This document shows positions 9,477 to 18,324 of a stretch of 64,000 nucleotides of DNA, in pieces. The stretch's first letter is position 1. Each line of letters starts with the position of its first letter. The DNA comes from an uncultured Bacteroides sp. (lineage in GTDB: Bacteria > Bacteroidota > Bacteroidia > Bacteroidales > GCA-2748055): positions 11,894-75,893 of the forward strand of contig CAYWGP010000199.1 in the NCBI GenBank assembly GCA_964458155.1, written 5' to 3'. Made by a program: the position numbers and the translations under genes. The notes under the pieces were generated by a model, which was not told where the DNA came from, did not search any database, and saw only the letters and a program-made list of their open reading frames with translations.

Positions 9477-10445
9477 TTATATGGAAGAGATGATCTTCTT
9501 GAGGTTGGTGACACTCTGCTCCGCATATTTCATGGGCTCAGGGGGGAAGTCACTTTCTATAAACAGCTGGTCGATGCCCGCGTCGTCCACCTGGCTAAGG
9601 ATGGATTTAAAATCAATTGCACCTTCGCCGATAATGCACTGCCTTTTCATTAGCTGCATAAGCATGCCCATTTCAACACCGGGGTCAAAGGTCGTGTAAG
9701 GTTCCTCCATTGGCTTATCTATATCCTTGATATGGAGTAGTTTGACGCGTCCCGGGTACTGCTTTACCAGTTTTACCACATCAACTCCTGCCACTGCGGC
9801 CCAGAATAGATCAAGCTCAAAAGAAACCAGTTCCGGATCGGTCTCTTTTACCAGGATATCGAATAAGGTATGTCCGTCATAAACTGCAAACTCGCCGTTG
9901 TGGGTGTGGTAACCATAGCGGATCCCTCCGGCTTTGCAAAGCTCTCCAAATCCATTGTAGAGTTCTGCCGCAGCTTTGTATTCCTCTGGTGTTTGTCCAT
10001 GGAAAGCGGGACTCAGGATATACTTCTGACCGATAATATTTGCTGCCTCAATGGCTTCATCAATATTGTATTTCAGAGAATTATCTGAAATATGTGCCGA
10101 AGTTGATACCAGGCCCAGGTCGTCAAGCATCATGCGGATCTCTTTGGGAGTATGTCCGTGATAACCATAACCGCTCAATCCCATAACAGCCACCAGGGGA
10201 TTGTTTTTTATTTCTTCCTCCGGACTGAAATAATAGGGTCCGGCAAACTCCAGATTCTTATAGCCAAAGGCTGCCAGTTTCTTAATGGTACCGGTGAAAT
10301 CATCGGAGAGAGGTTTGGCCATGGTATAGAGCTGGATGCCAATATCTCTTGAAATAGCTGCTCTGCGGGAGATAAATCCTGTGTTTAGCAGGGATACTCC
10401 CGCAGCAGCTACTGCGCTACTTCTAATGAAAGTGCGTCTTTTCAT
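9477..10445 (-). CDS. Sugar phosphate isomerase/epimerase (xylose isomerase-like TIM barrel), Tat-exported
   Basis: The signal MKRRTFIRSSAVAAAGVSLL is Tat-type. The body (GYKNLEFAG..., YGYHTHNGEF, LLHIKD) resembles AP-endonuclease-2/xylose-isomerase-like TIM barrel proteins. Confidence 0.75.
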   Translation of the reverse strand: MKRRTFIRSSAVAAAGVSLLNTGFISRRAAISRDIGIQLYTMAKPLSDDFTGTIKKLAAFGYKNLEFAGPYYFSPEEEIKNNPLVAVMGLSGYGYHGHTPKEIRMMLDDLGLVSTSAHISDNSLKYNIDEAIEAANIIGQKYILSPAFHGQTPEEYKAAAELYNGFGELCKAGGIRYGYHTHNGEFAVYDGHTLFDILVKETDPELVSFELDLFWAAVAGVDVVKLVKQYPGRVKLLHIKDIDKPMEEPYTTFDPGVEMGMLMQLMKRQCIIGEGAIDFKSILSQVDDAGIDQLFIESDFPPEPMKYAEQSVTNLKKIISSI

Positions 10446-10454
10446 GTCAAAGAG

Positions 10455-10838
10455 CTATTGTATCTTGGTCATATTCATGGGGAACTCGCCGCCCTGAACA
10501 AAAAGAAAGCCCTTATACACATTTTCAGTAAATGTACCTTCCAGCTCAATGAAATTCCCTTCAACCTCGAATTCGGAAGTTAATACTCCCTCTACAATTG
10601 TAAGATCCTCAATTTCCATCTCTCCCATGGGATTGATCATCTTTGCCTTCAGGACACCTTCTACTTTGGAAATCACGAAAGTTCCGTCAATATCTACAGG
10701 AAGATCTTCAACTACATATTCCCATTCTCCCAGGTACTGGGCATGGGGATCTTTGGCGACTTTTGTGGAGGCACATGATGAAAATGCAAGGATTACTGTG
10801 AGTAAGAGTGCGAAATTTCTGATGGTGTTGTTTTTCAT
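10455..10838 (-). CDS. Hypothetical small lipoprotein
   Basis: 127 aa. It has a lipoprotein signal (LLLTVILAFSSCAS) and sits 9 nt downstream of the TIM-barrel gene on the same strand. Confidence 0.6.
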   Translation of the reverse strand: MKNNTIRNFALLLTVILAFSSCASTKVAKDPHAQYLGEWEYVVEDLPVDIDGTFVISKVEGVLKAKMINPMGEMEIEDLTIVEGVLTSEFEVEGNFIELEGTFTENVYKGFLFVQGGEFPMNMTKIQ

Positions 10839-10998
10839 AGTTCTTTTTATTGAGATTATTTAATGTGTCGAATATACACATTAAAAATGATTCAGCGCAA
10901 TAGTTTATGATGCTATTTGACATAGATTATATCAGGGCTTCGCTGGCATTGCTTGAGTATGATGACTAACTTGTCTGTTCGAACCCAAATTCAGGACT

Positions 10999-11208
10999 AT
11001 GGTACGATTTAGTAAAAAAAAACCAGATACGGTGATGGTGAAAGACAGGAAACTGATCTGTCCTGTATGTGACAGGGACCAGTTTATTGAGACAAGGGCT
11101 CAGCTGAACACAGCACTTGCCTCTCTCTTTGATGTGGACTTTGCCAATAAGGAAGCACGCTGTTTTGTATGTGCCAACTGCACCTATATTTTCTGGTTCA
11201 GGGCTTAA
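10999..11208 (+). CDS. Putative zinc-ribbon protein (two CxxC pairs)
   Basis: 69 aa with CPVC (res 21-24) and CANC (res 57-60). It ends 11 nt before the probable sialidase start. There is no family assignment. Confidence 0.45.
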   Translation: MVRFSKKKPDTVMVKDRKLICPVCDRDQFIETRAQLNTALASLFDVDFANKEARCFVCANCTYIFWFRA

Positions 11209-11219
11209 TCATAATCGGA

Positions 11220-12347
11220 ATGAAACTACTTGTTATTGGACTCGGTTTACTGTTATGCAATATGGGTATAGGCCAGACTCAGAAGCAGCTGAACTATCTC
11301 TTTGAAAGCGGAACAGATGGCTATGAGTGTTTCCGAATTCCAGCCATAGTTACAAGCACCCGGGGTACCGTTCTTGCCTTTGCTGAAGGACGTAAGAAGG
11401 GATGTTCCGATACCGGTGATATAGACCTGGTGATGAAATATTCTGAGGACCATGGCGAGAGCTGGAGCAAACTCATTGTGATATGGGATGACGGAGAAAA
11501 TGTATGCGGAAATCCAGCACCAGTTCTGGACGAAGCCACCGGTAACATCTATCTTCTATCAACCTGGAACCTTGGAGTTGACCATGAGCAGGAAATAATC
11601 CAGGGAAAGAGTCGTGATACCAGGCGTGTTTTCGTGATGAGCTCTGAGGATGATGGTCAAAACTGGTCGGAAGCAAGGGAGATCACCGCCTCGGTGAAAC
11701 AGGAAAACTGGACCTGGTATGCCACAGGTCCCTGTCACGGGATCCAGTTAAACCAGGGGCCACATAAGGGGAGACTACTGATTCCCTGTGACCACATCGA
11801 GGCCGCAACGAAAAAGTATTTTTCCCACAGTATTTATTCTGACGACCATGGAAGAAGCTGGGAGCTTGGCGGGAGCACACCCCAGGATCAGGTGAATGAA
11901 TGCACCCTGGCAGAACTTTCCGATGGAAGGGTGATTTTAAATATGCGGAATTATGACCGCACACAGAAGAACAGAAAAGTTGCTTTCAGCGAGGATGGAG
12001 GCCATAGCTGGGGTGATATTGTCTCAGATAAGGCATTGATTGAACCCATCTGTCAGGCAAGTATGTTAATGGTAAATTCTGAGGAGGATAAGACAGATGT
12101 ATTACTTTTTCTGAATCCTGCCGATACGGAGAGACGCCAGAATTTGAGCCTGCGCAGCAGCATGGATGATGGCGCCTCCTGGTCCGGATGCCTGGTGATT
12201 CACCAGGGACCCGCTGCCTATTCAGACCTCACACAGCTATCCGGGGGAAGTATTGCCTGTTTATATGAAGCCGGATTATCAAGTCCCTACCAGGGCATCG
12301 TCTATGAGGTGATCACCCTGGAGCAGATTGAAAAGGCCACTTTCTAG
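11220..12347 (+). CDS. Exo-alpha-sialidase (GH33, BNR/Asp-box repeats)
   Basis: It has the FRIP motif (CFRIPAIV) and five Asp-boxes (SEDHGESW, SEDDGQNW, SDDHGRSW, SEDGGHSW, SMDDGASW). I moved the start to MKLLVIGLGLLLCNMGIGQ (ATG 11220), which gives a signal peptide and removes the overlap with the upstream ORF. Confidence 0.9.
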   Translation: MKLLVIGLGLLLCNMGIGQTQKQLNYLFESGTDGYECFRIPAIVTSTRGTVLAFAEGRKKGCSDTGDIDLVMKYSEDHGESWSKLIVIWDDGENVCGNPAPVLDEATGNIYLLSTWNLGVDHEQEIIQGKSRDTRRVFVMSSEDDGQNWSEAREITASVKQENWTWYATGPCHGIQLNQGPHKGRLLIPCDHIEAATKKYFSHSIYSDDHGRSWELGGSTPQDQVNECTLAELSDGRVILNMRNYDRTQKNRKVAFSEDGGHSWGDIVSDKALIEPICQASMLMVNSEEDKTDVLLFLNPADTERRQNLSLRSSMDDGASWSGCLVIHQGPAAYSDLTQLSGGSIACLYEAGLSSPYQGIVYEVITLEQIEKATF

Positions 12348-13165
12348 TCCTGCAATGCTTCAATCCTCTTCACTTCATTGATCAGCAGCGGGAATGCCGG
12401 TGTGAGCATATTATGCCCGTAGCCATCCATTTCATAGAGACGGGTATCGGGATGACCAACCACTTTCATCATGCGCATCATGTAAGCGTTTTCTTCGTAC
12501 CTGCCCATCATCTCCATCTCCCGGTCGCCCGTGATCAATAGCAGGGGAGGCGCATCATTCCGCACATGAAAGAGTGGAGCCAGGTCGTCAATTACAACCT
12601 GTGTACTTTCAATTCCCTGCTCCTTTCTGACCGTGAAATGGGTGATGGTGTGACCACTGAAGGGGATCAGACCCGCAATTCGGTTGGCATCAATCTCATA
12701 TTTATTCAGCCATCGCTTATCCATACCCACCATGCTGGTAAGGTAGCCCCCTGCAGAGTGACCCGATATAAAGATCAGGTCCGGATCACCACCATACTCT
12801 TCTATGTGATTGAAAACCCAGGCCACGGCCGCCGCGGCATCTTCAATGTAGACCGGTGCCTTGACTTTTGGATAGAGGCGGTAATTGACAGCCACGACGG
12901 CCATCCCTTTTTCCTTTAATTCCCGGGGAAGAGATTTGTTTCCACCTGTCAGCCCCCCTCCATGAAACCAGACCACTGTTGGGTATCCCTGCTTATTTTC
13001 CGGACAATATAAATCGAGAACACAGCGCTCCTTGATATAATCATCAGCGACATTCTCAGAATCCGGGTAATATGGGATATTCTGCAGGGTGGTGTAGCCG
13101 GTAATCTGAGCCTCTGTGATCAGGCAGAGGGCGACAAGCAGGATGCTAAGGCAGCTTCGTTTCAT
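12344..13165 (-). CDS. Alpha/beta hydrolase, HSL-type esterase (HGGG + GxSxG)
   Basis: It has a signal peptide, the oxyanion motif VWFHGGGLTGG and the nucleophile elbow GHSAGG. It is convergent with the sialidase, and their stop codons overlap. Confidence 0.8.
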   Translation of the reverse strand: MKRSCLSILLVALCLITEAQITGYTTLQNIPYYPDSENVADDYIKERCVLDLYCPENKQGYPTVVWFHGGGLTGGNKSLPRELKEKGMAVVAVNYRLYPKVKAPVYIEDAAAAVAWVFNHIEEYGGDPDLIFISGHSAGGYLTSMVGMDKRWLNKYEIDANRIAGLIPFSGHTITHFTVRKEQGIESTQVVIDDLAPLFHVRNDAPPLLLITGDREMEMMGRYEENAYMMRMMKVVGHPDTRLYEMDGYGHNMLTPAFPLLINEVKRIEALQD

Positions 13166-13242
13166 TTTTTAGGATTTTGGGATTTATAGATTTGCGATAT
13201 TAAAGATAAAAAAGCTATTTTAGATGCATATCCTATTTACAG

Positions 13243-13956
13243 ATGAATCAGTACGCTGAGACTCTTGTTCAGGAATTAAAGCACAGGTCGATCCCGCAAA
13301 AAGCAGACTGGTGGAACAGTTACATGAAGGGTGAGATTCGGTTTATTGGAACAAGTATTCCCGAAATAAGGAAGCTTCTGAGAGAAAAGAACAGGAGTGA
13401 AGGGCTGGATCAGCTCCCTATGAATCAGCAGGTAAGTCTGGTAAATGGTTTGATGCGAAGCGAACTGGCAGAGTATAAACTGGCAGCCATCATCTACATG
13501 CAGCTCTTTTGGCTGGGAAGGCAAAAGAATACATTCCTTTTAAGTCTGATCTCCGACTGGTTCACTGAGTGTTATATCCATGACTGGAATACATCAGACT
13601 GGCTCTGCGTAAAAGTACTTGGCCCCATAGTCGATTCCGGCGATGAGGAAGTTATCTGGATCCTGAAAAGATGGAACCGTGACCCCTATTTATGGAAGGC
13701 CCGGGCCTCTCTTGTCCCTTTTGCCTGTGCGAAAAACATGGGCAGGCATTCAAAAACCATATATAGCTTTTCGGATATCCTGATCAGGCGTGATGAGCGC
13801 TTTGCAAAGACTGCCGTGGGATGGGTGATGCGTGAATACTCCAAGCTTGACGTGGACTTTGTTCTTGACTTTTTGAACAGGCATGTGAAGCACACCACCG
13901 GGGAAGTGAAAAGAAATGCCCTGAAGTACCACCGACAAAAACTAAAGGAATTATGA
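13243..13956 (+). CDS. DNA alkylation repair protein (AlkC/AlkD-like HEAT-repeat family)
   Basis: 237 aa, helical and W/K-rich. Its profile matches my memory of the DNA alkylation repair enzyme family (…WWNSYMKG…FIG…IPEIRKL…, …WVMREY…). This assignment is from recall only. Confidence 0.6.
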   Translation: MNQYAETLVQELKHRSIPQKADWWNSYMKGEIRFIGTSIPEIRKLLREKNRSEGLDQLPMNQQVSLVNGLMRSELAEYKLAAIIYMQLFWLGRQKNTFLLSLISDWFTECYIHDWNTSDWLCVKVLGPIVDSGDEEVIWILKRWNRDPYLWKARASLVPFACAKNMGRHSKTIYSFSDILIRRDERFAKTAVGWVMREYSKLDVDFVLDFLNRHVKHTTGEVKRNALKYHRQKLKEL

Positions 13957-16022
13957 GAAAACTGAATATCCTTTTTATTGCTGCATATGTGCTGTTTTTA
14001 ACAGCCTGCGATCCTGGCAGTACAAGCGGTGAGTATATGCTTCTACCTGAGCCCGAGGTGCTTGAGTTTTATGGTCCCAGCGAATTACATCCCGATTCCA
14101 TATATTACTATCGGCTGGCCGATGGAATCCCTTTGCCCATTCCTGCCGAATTTGTGGAAGGGATGGAAGAAACAAATAAGATAGCAGGGCCTCAGATAGT
14201 GTTTCGGGATGAAAAGTCACTTGTCCTGGAAGATGAAGGGTTTAGGCTGGATATTTCCAGGGATCAGGTTACCATCAGTGCGGATAAAAAAGCCGGACGC
14301 TTTTATGGATATATGACCTTTTTGCAACTGGCAGAGGATGCCAGGGAGCAGGGCCTTCTTTTACCCGAGTGTCATATTGAGGACAGGCCCAAATTATCCT
14401 ACAGGGCCATTCATCTGGATATGAAGCACCATATGGAGCATACAGAATACTATTATAAGCTCATTGACCGGTTGGCCCTGTATAAGATAAATGCAATAAT
14501 CGCCGAAGTGGAAGATAAACTGGCTTATGAACGTCGACCCATTGTAGGTTCTGCCGATGCCCTGAGTATAAAAGAGTGGCAGAAGCTGAGCGATTATGCC
14601 AAAGAACGCTTTATAGACATCAGTCCTCTGGTACAGGGACTGGGCCATGCATCCTATATCCTGAAGCATGACCGGTATAGGTATTTACGCGACAATCCGG
14701 ATAGCGACTGGGCCTTTAATCCACTCCTGCCTGAAACCTATGAACTTCAGTTCGATCTGTACCGGGATGCCATGGAGGCCATGCCAGATGGCAAATACCT
14801 GCATGTGGGCGGTGATGAGGTGCATACAACAGGACGTAACAGCGGAATGTCTGAGCTGGAATTGCAGCTCACCTGGCTGAACAAGGTATGCAGATTTGCA
14901 GATGAACACGATCGCATACCCATCTTCTGGGACGATATGCCCATCAAATATGCAGGACTCTACGACCCCATGTTCAACACCGGTCACTCCAGGTACCAGG
15001 TGGACCGCCTGTGGAAGGAAAATGAGCATAAGTTGCTGGATTACCTGGATATGTTCCCCGACAATTGTATCTATATGCGATGGAACTACAGCCATCCTGA
15101 GGCGGAAGGGAATATTAAGGCTATGGAATGGTTTACAGAACATGATCTGCCTGTGATGGGTGCAACAGCCGGGCAGACGCGCTGGAAGCTGATGCCTCAG
15201 AATGAAAGCAATATGGAGAATATCAGGTCCTTTGCCACGAGCTCCATTGATATGGAAATCGGAGGGCTCCTGCTAACACTCTGGGATGATGATTCGCCCC
15301 ACTTTGAACTTTATATGCGTGGAATTCTGGCCTTTGCCGAGTATTCCTGGTCGGGCGATATAAGAAGCAAAGAGGAAATAAAGGCGGCCTACCGGCACCG
15401 GGAGTATGGCCATGCGCTGTCGGGAGAGGAATATGGATTTGTGGATGATCTTGAACTGGCAGTTGACTGGTGGAATGCCGCCCTGTTAAAATCCAACAGT
15501 CGTAATTATCTTTCCAAGATGGAGAATCCCACCGAGGCAGTGATTGATCTGCCCTTTTTCTGGGAGAATGAAGAGGATTGGACCTCAGCATATTCGGTAA
15601 AGCTGCAGAATGCATCCTTGTCCATGCGCTATTGTAATAATGCAATCGCCAGCATTGACAGTATGAAGACATTGGCTGACCGCAATTTATATCGCCTGGC
15701 AGTATATGAACAGGTGGCCAGGTTGGTTCAGTTTTCAGGGAAAGCCATGTTAACATTGCAATATTATGACATTGCCTCAACTGAGAAGGGGAAGCAGGAG
15801 GCGCTGGATATTCTTAAGCAACTACCGCAGGAATTTCTTAGCCTGAGAGCAGCTTTTGAGGAAGTATATGGCTTAACCCGGATTCTGACAAAACCGGAAG
15901 GCTATATTCTGGACCAGGATCATCACTATCACATGGCCAATCAAAGTCTTAATTTTGACTGGCAGTTCTGGGCGGAGATTTATTTTTTGGAGAAACTAAC
16001 AGAGCAAATCAATAATCTATAG
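13953..16022 (+). CDS. Beta-N-acetylhexosaminidase-like glycoside hydrolase (GH20)
   Basis: It has a lipoprotein signal (FLTAC), the TIM-barrel start RAIHLDMKHH, and the catalytic-region motif LHVGGDEV (nt about 14799-14822). Its ATG overlaps the previous stop (ATGA). Confidence 0.8.
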   Translation: MRKLNILFIAAYVLFLTACDPGSTSGEYMLLPEPEVLEFYGPSELHPDSIYYYRLADGIPLPIPAEFVEGMEETNKIAGPQIVFRDEKSLVLEDEGFRLDISRDQVTISADKKAGRFYGYMTFLQLAEDAREQGLLLPECHIEDRPKLSYRAIHLDMKHHMEHTEYYYKLIDRLALYKINAIIAEVEDKLAYERRPIVGSADALSIKEWQKLSDYAKERFIDISPLVQGLGHASYILKHDRYRYLRDNPDSDWAFNPLLPETYELQFDLYRDAMEAMPDGKYLHVGGDEVHTTGRNSGMSELELQLTWLNKVCRFADEHDRIPIFWDDMPIKYAGLYDPMFNTGHSRYQVDRLWKENEHKLLDYLDMFPDNCIYMRWNYSHPEAEGNIKAMEWFTEHDLPVMGATAGQTRWKLMPQNESNMENIRSFATSSIDMEIGGLLLTLWDDDSPHFELYMRGILAFAEYSWSGDIRSKEEIKAAYRHREYGHALSGEEYGFVDDLELAVDWWNAALLKSNSRNYLSKMENPTEAVIDLPFFWENEEDWTSAYSVKLQNASLSMRYCNNAIASIDSMKTLADRNLYRLAVYEQVARLVQFSGKAMLTLQYYDIASTEKGKQEALDILKQLPQEFLSLRAAFEEVYGLTRILTKPEGYILDQDHHYHMANQSLNFDWQFWAEIYFLEKLTEQINNL

Positions 16023-16023
16023 A

Positions 16024-16674
16024 ATGAAACAAAGCACCGGATATATGTTTATTATTCTCCTTTGCATGACCCTGAGCTCTTTTGGCCAGCATAAGGTGAA
16101 CCTGGCAGATGCGCTGCTGGAGAAACAGATCAAGGCTGTGGACCGCGAACTCTCTGTAAATGAAGAACATCCAAATGTTGTGGAGATGAATGCAGCCGAG
16201 GGCGATGGACTTGCTGTATTCAAGGAGATAAGCTTTGTTACCGGGACCCTGGAAATTGATCTGCGGGGAGAAAACAATCCGGGTAAAAGCTTCATTGGAA
16301 TTGCCTTCAATATAGAGGATGAGGAAACCTTTGAAGCGGTTTATTTCAGGCCCTTCAATTTTGTGGCCACCGAGCAGATCAGGAAAGATCATATGCTTCA
16401 GTATATCAGTCATCCTGAATACACCTGGTATAAACTCAGGGAGGAGCGCACCGGTGAGTTCGAAAATGAAATTCCAGAACCTCCCAGTCCCGATCATTGG
16501 TTCAAAGCCACCATTAAGGTCTCAGAGAAGGTTGTTGAAGTTTTTGTGGATCATCGGGATGAAGCTGTTTTAAAGGTGGAGCGGCTCACATCAGGTAAAT
16601 CCGACAGGATCGGACTCTGGGTTGGGAACGGTTCCTCGGGCAGATTCAGAAACCTGCATGTTTCTTCAGAATAG
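16024..16674 (+). CDS. Secreted concanavalin/jelly-roll-like protein (DUF1080-like)
   Basis: 216 aa with a signal peptide ending FGQ. The C-terminal pattern IGLWVGNGSSGRFRNLHV is typical of LamG/DUF1080-type beta-sandwiches. It starts 2 nt after the GH20 stop. Confidence 0.5.
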   Translation: MKQSTGYMFIILLCMTLSSFGQHKVNLADALLEKQIKAVDRELSVNEEHPNVVEMNAAEGDGLAVFKEISFVTGTLEIDLRGENNPGKSFIGIAFNIEDEETFEAVYFRPFNFVATEQIRKDHMLQYISHPEYTWYKLREERTGEFENEIPEPPSPDHWFKATIKVSEKVVEVFVDHRDEAVLKVERLTSGKSDRIGLWVGNGSSGRFRNLHVSSE

Positions 16675-16779
16675 GCTTTTCACTATTAATGACAGGGAAG
16701 ACGATTCTTATATCCCTGTTCAGGGGAAAAAATTGCAGATCTATTAATAAGCAGGGAGTATGACGCGTTGCTTACGCTA

Positions 16780-18324
16780 TTATTTTAACTCCACTTCGCC
16801 AGTCACCTCCTCAGTTTCACCCCTGATTTCCTGATAGATGTCTATCAAAGCTTGCAGTTTACCTGGCTGGCTCTGAGCCAGGTTATTTTGCTCCCCGATA
16901 TCTTCTTTCAGATTATAGAGCTGATAGTCGGGAGCATTTCCAATTTCGATATTGACATTTCCTGAGATGGCAGGTCCCTTGTAGGGAGGAATCATAACCC
17001 AATCTTCCTTTCGCAGAGCGGTCCTGCCTGTAGCCTCCAGAATGAGATCGTCTCTTCCATGAGCTTTCTTTCCCAGGAAAACATCCAGCAGTTCTTCACT
17101 GTCATTGCTTCTGACTTCACTTCCTGCCAGTCTTGCCAGGGAAGAAAAGAGATCCAGCTGCGAAACCAGGGCATCTGAGACTCCAGGATCCATATGACCT
17201 TCCCAGTAGCTGATAAAAGGTACCCGGGTTCCTGCTTCAAAGAGGCTGTATTTACCACCCCTGAGCGGGCCCGATGGGGTATGATTGCCCACCTTTTCAA
17301 CGGCGTCGTCATAATAGCCGTCATTCAGCACCGGACCATTGTCGCTGGAAAAAATGATCAGGGTATTCTCGAGCAGTCCGTTTTCTTCCAGGGTAGCAAT
17401 AAACTCGCCAATGCACCAGTCGGCCTCCACAATCACATCTCCCCTGGGCCCCATACCGGATTTCCCCACAAAGCGTGGATGGGGGGTACGGGGAACATGG
17501 GGCTGCTGAAGTGCATAGTAGAGAAAGAAGGGTTCTTCACGGTGGGCAAGGATGTATTGCTGGGCCCTGACCAGAAAGGTGTCGGCCATATTCTCATCCA
17601 CCCACCTGGCTTCATCTCCGCCCTTCATATATCCTATGCGCGATATGCCGTTCACCACTGTATTATAGTGCCCGTGGTGCCATTTCATTTTCAACAATTC
17701 GGGATTGTCCATCCCCGTGGGTTCGCCTGGAAAATTCTGGCTGTAACTGACCTCAATGGGATCCTCAGGATCGGATCGTACCACCAGGCCGTTCTCAATA
17801 TAAACCGTAGGAACCCTGTCCTGGGTGGCAGCCATGATATAAGCATAGTCAAATCCTACTTCATTGGGTCCGGGTGCAATCTGTGCATTCCAGTCCACAT
17901 GACCATCGCCCAGTCCCAGGTGCCACTTTCCAACGATGCCTGTATGATACCCTCTCTCCTTGAACATCTTAGGAAGGGTCATTTGATCTGTTCGGATAAG
18001 TAAGGGTGCTGTTCCATCCAGGATTTTTGCTTTTTCGTTGCGCCAGGGATATACCCCGGTCAGCAGGGCATAGCGGCTGGGAGAGCAGGTGGCCGATGTG
18101 GAATAGCCATTGGTGAACCTTACTCCACCCATTGCCAGTTTATCAATATTCGGTGTATGAATCTCTGTGGCACCATAGGCACTTACATCTCCATAACCCA
18201 GGTCGTCGGCATAGATAATGACCACATTGGGCATGGAGGGAGCTTCCGTCCTTTTCTTTGAAGAATTACATGAGTTAAAGACGGTAAATGTTGTGAACAG
18301 TAAGGCGATAGTCAGAAGTTTCAT
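16780..18324 (-). CDS. Arylsulfatase (S1 formylglycine-dependent sulfatase)
   Basis: It has a signal peptide, PNVVIIYADDLGYGD, the formylglycine site SATCSPSRYALLTG, and GKWHLG. Confidence 0.9.
   Translation of the reverse strand: MKLLTIALLFTTFTVFNSCNSSKKRTEAPSMPNVVIIYADDLGYGDVSAYGATEIHTPNIDKLAMGGVRFTNGYSTSATCSPSRYALLTGVYPWRNEKAKILDGTAPLLIRTDQMTLPKMFKERGYHTGIVGKWHLGLGDGHVDWNAQIAPGPNEVGFDYAYIMAATQDRVPTVYIENGLVVRSDPEDPIEVSYSQNFPGEPTGMDNPELLKMKWHHGHYNTVVNGISRIGYMKGGDEARWVDENMADTFLVRAQQYILAHREEPFFLYYALQQPHVPRTPHPRFVGKSGMGPRGDVIVEADWCIGEFIATLEENGLLENTLIIFSSDNGPVLNDGYYDDAVEKVGNHTPSGPLRGGKYSLFEAGTRVPFISYWEGHMDPGVSDALVSQLDLFSSLARLAGSEVRSNDSEELLDVFLGKKAHGRDDLILEATGRTALRKEDWVMIPPYKGPAISGNVNIEIGNAPDYQLYNLKEDIGEQNNLAQSQPGKLQALIDIYQEIRGETEEVTGEVELK

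Noticed and set aside
9349-9699. Plus-strand 116-aa ORF bridging the 9399-9477 intergenic gap
   Set aside because: It mostly overlaps the Tat-signal TIM-barrel gene on the opposite strand and shows no motifs.
12344-12347. Convergent or tandem gene overlaps of 1-9 nt (12344-12347, 22419-22422, 56660-56668, 18321-18324, 13953-13956, 59243) as possible frameshift or fusion sites
   Set aside because: These are ordinary overlapping stop/stop or stop/start (ATGA, TAATG) junctions typical of compact bacterial operons. Nothing suggests recoding, except the separate TAG case at 20094-20096.
16675-16779. Possible terminator hairpin (acaggga...tccctgt) in the convergent gap between the jelly-roll gene and the sulfatase gene
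   Set aside because: It has a 7-bp stem, a 14-nt loop and a poor T-tract, so it is not convincing enough to annotate.
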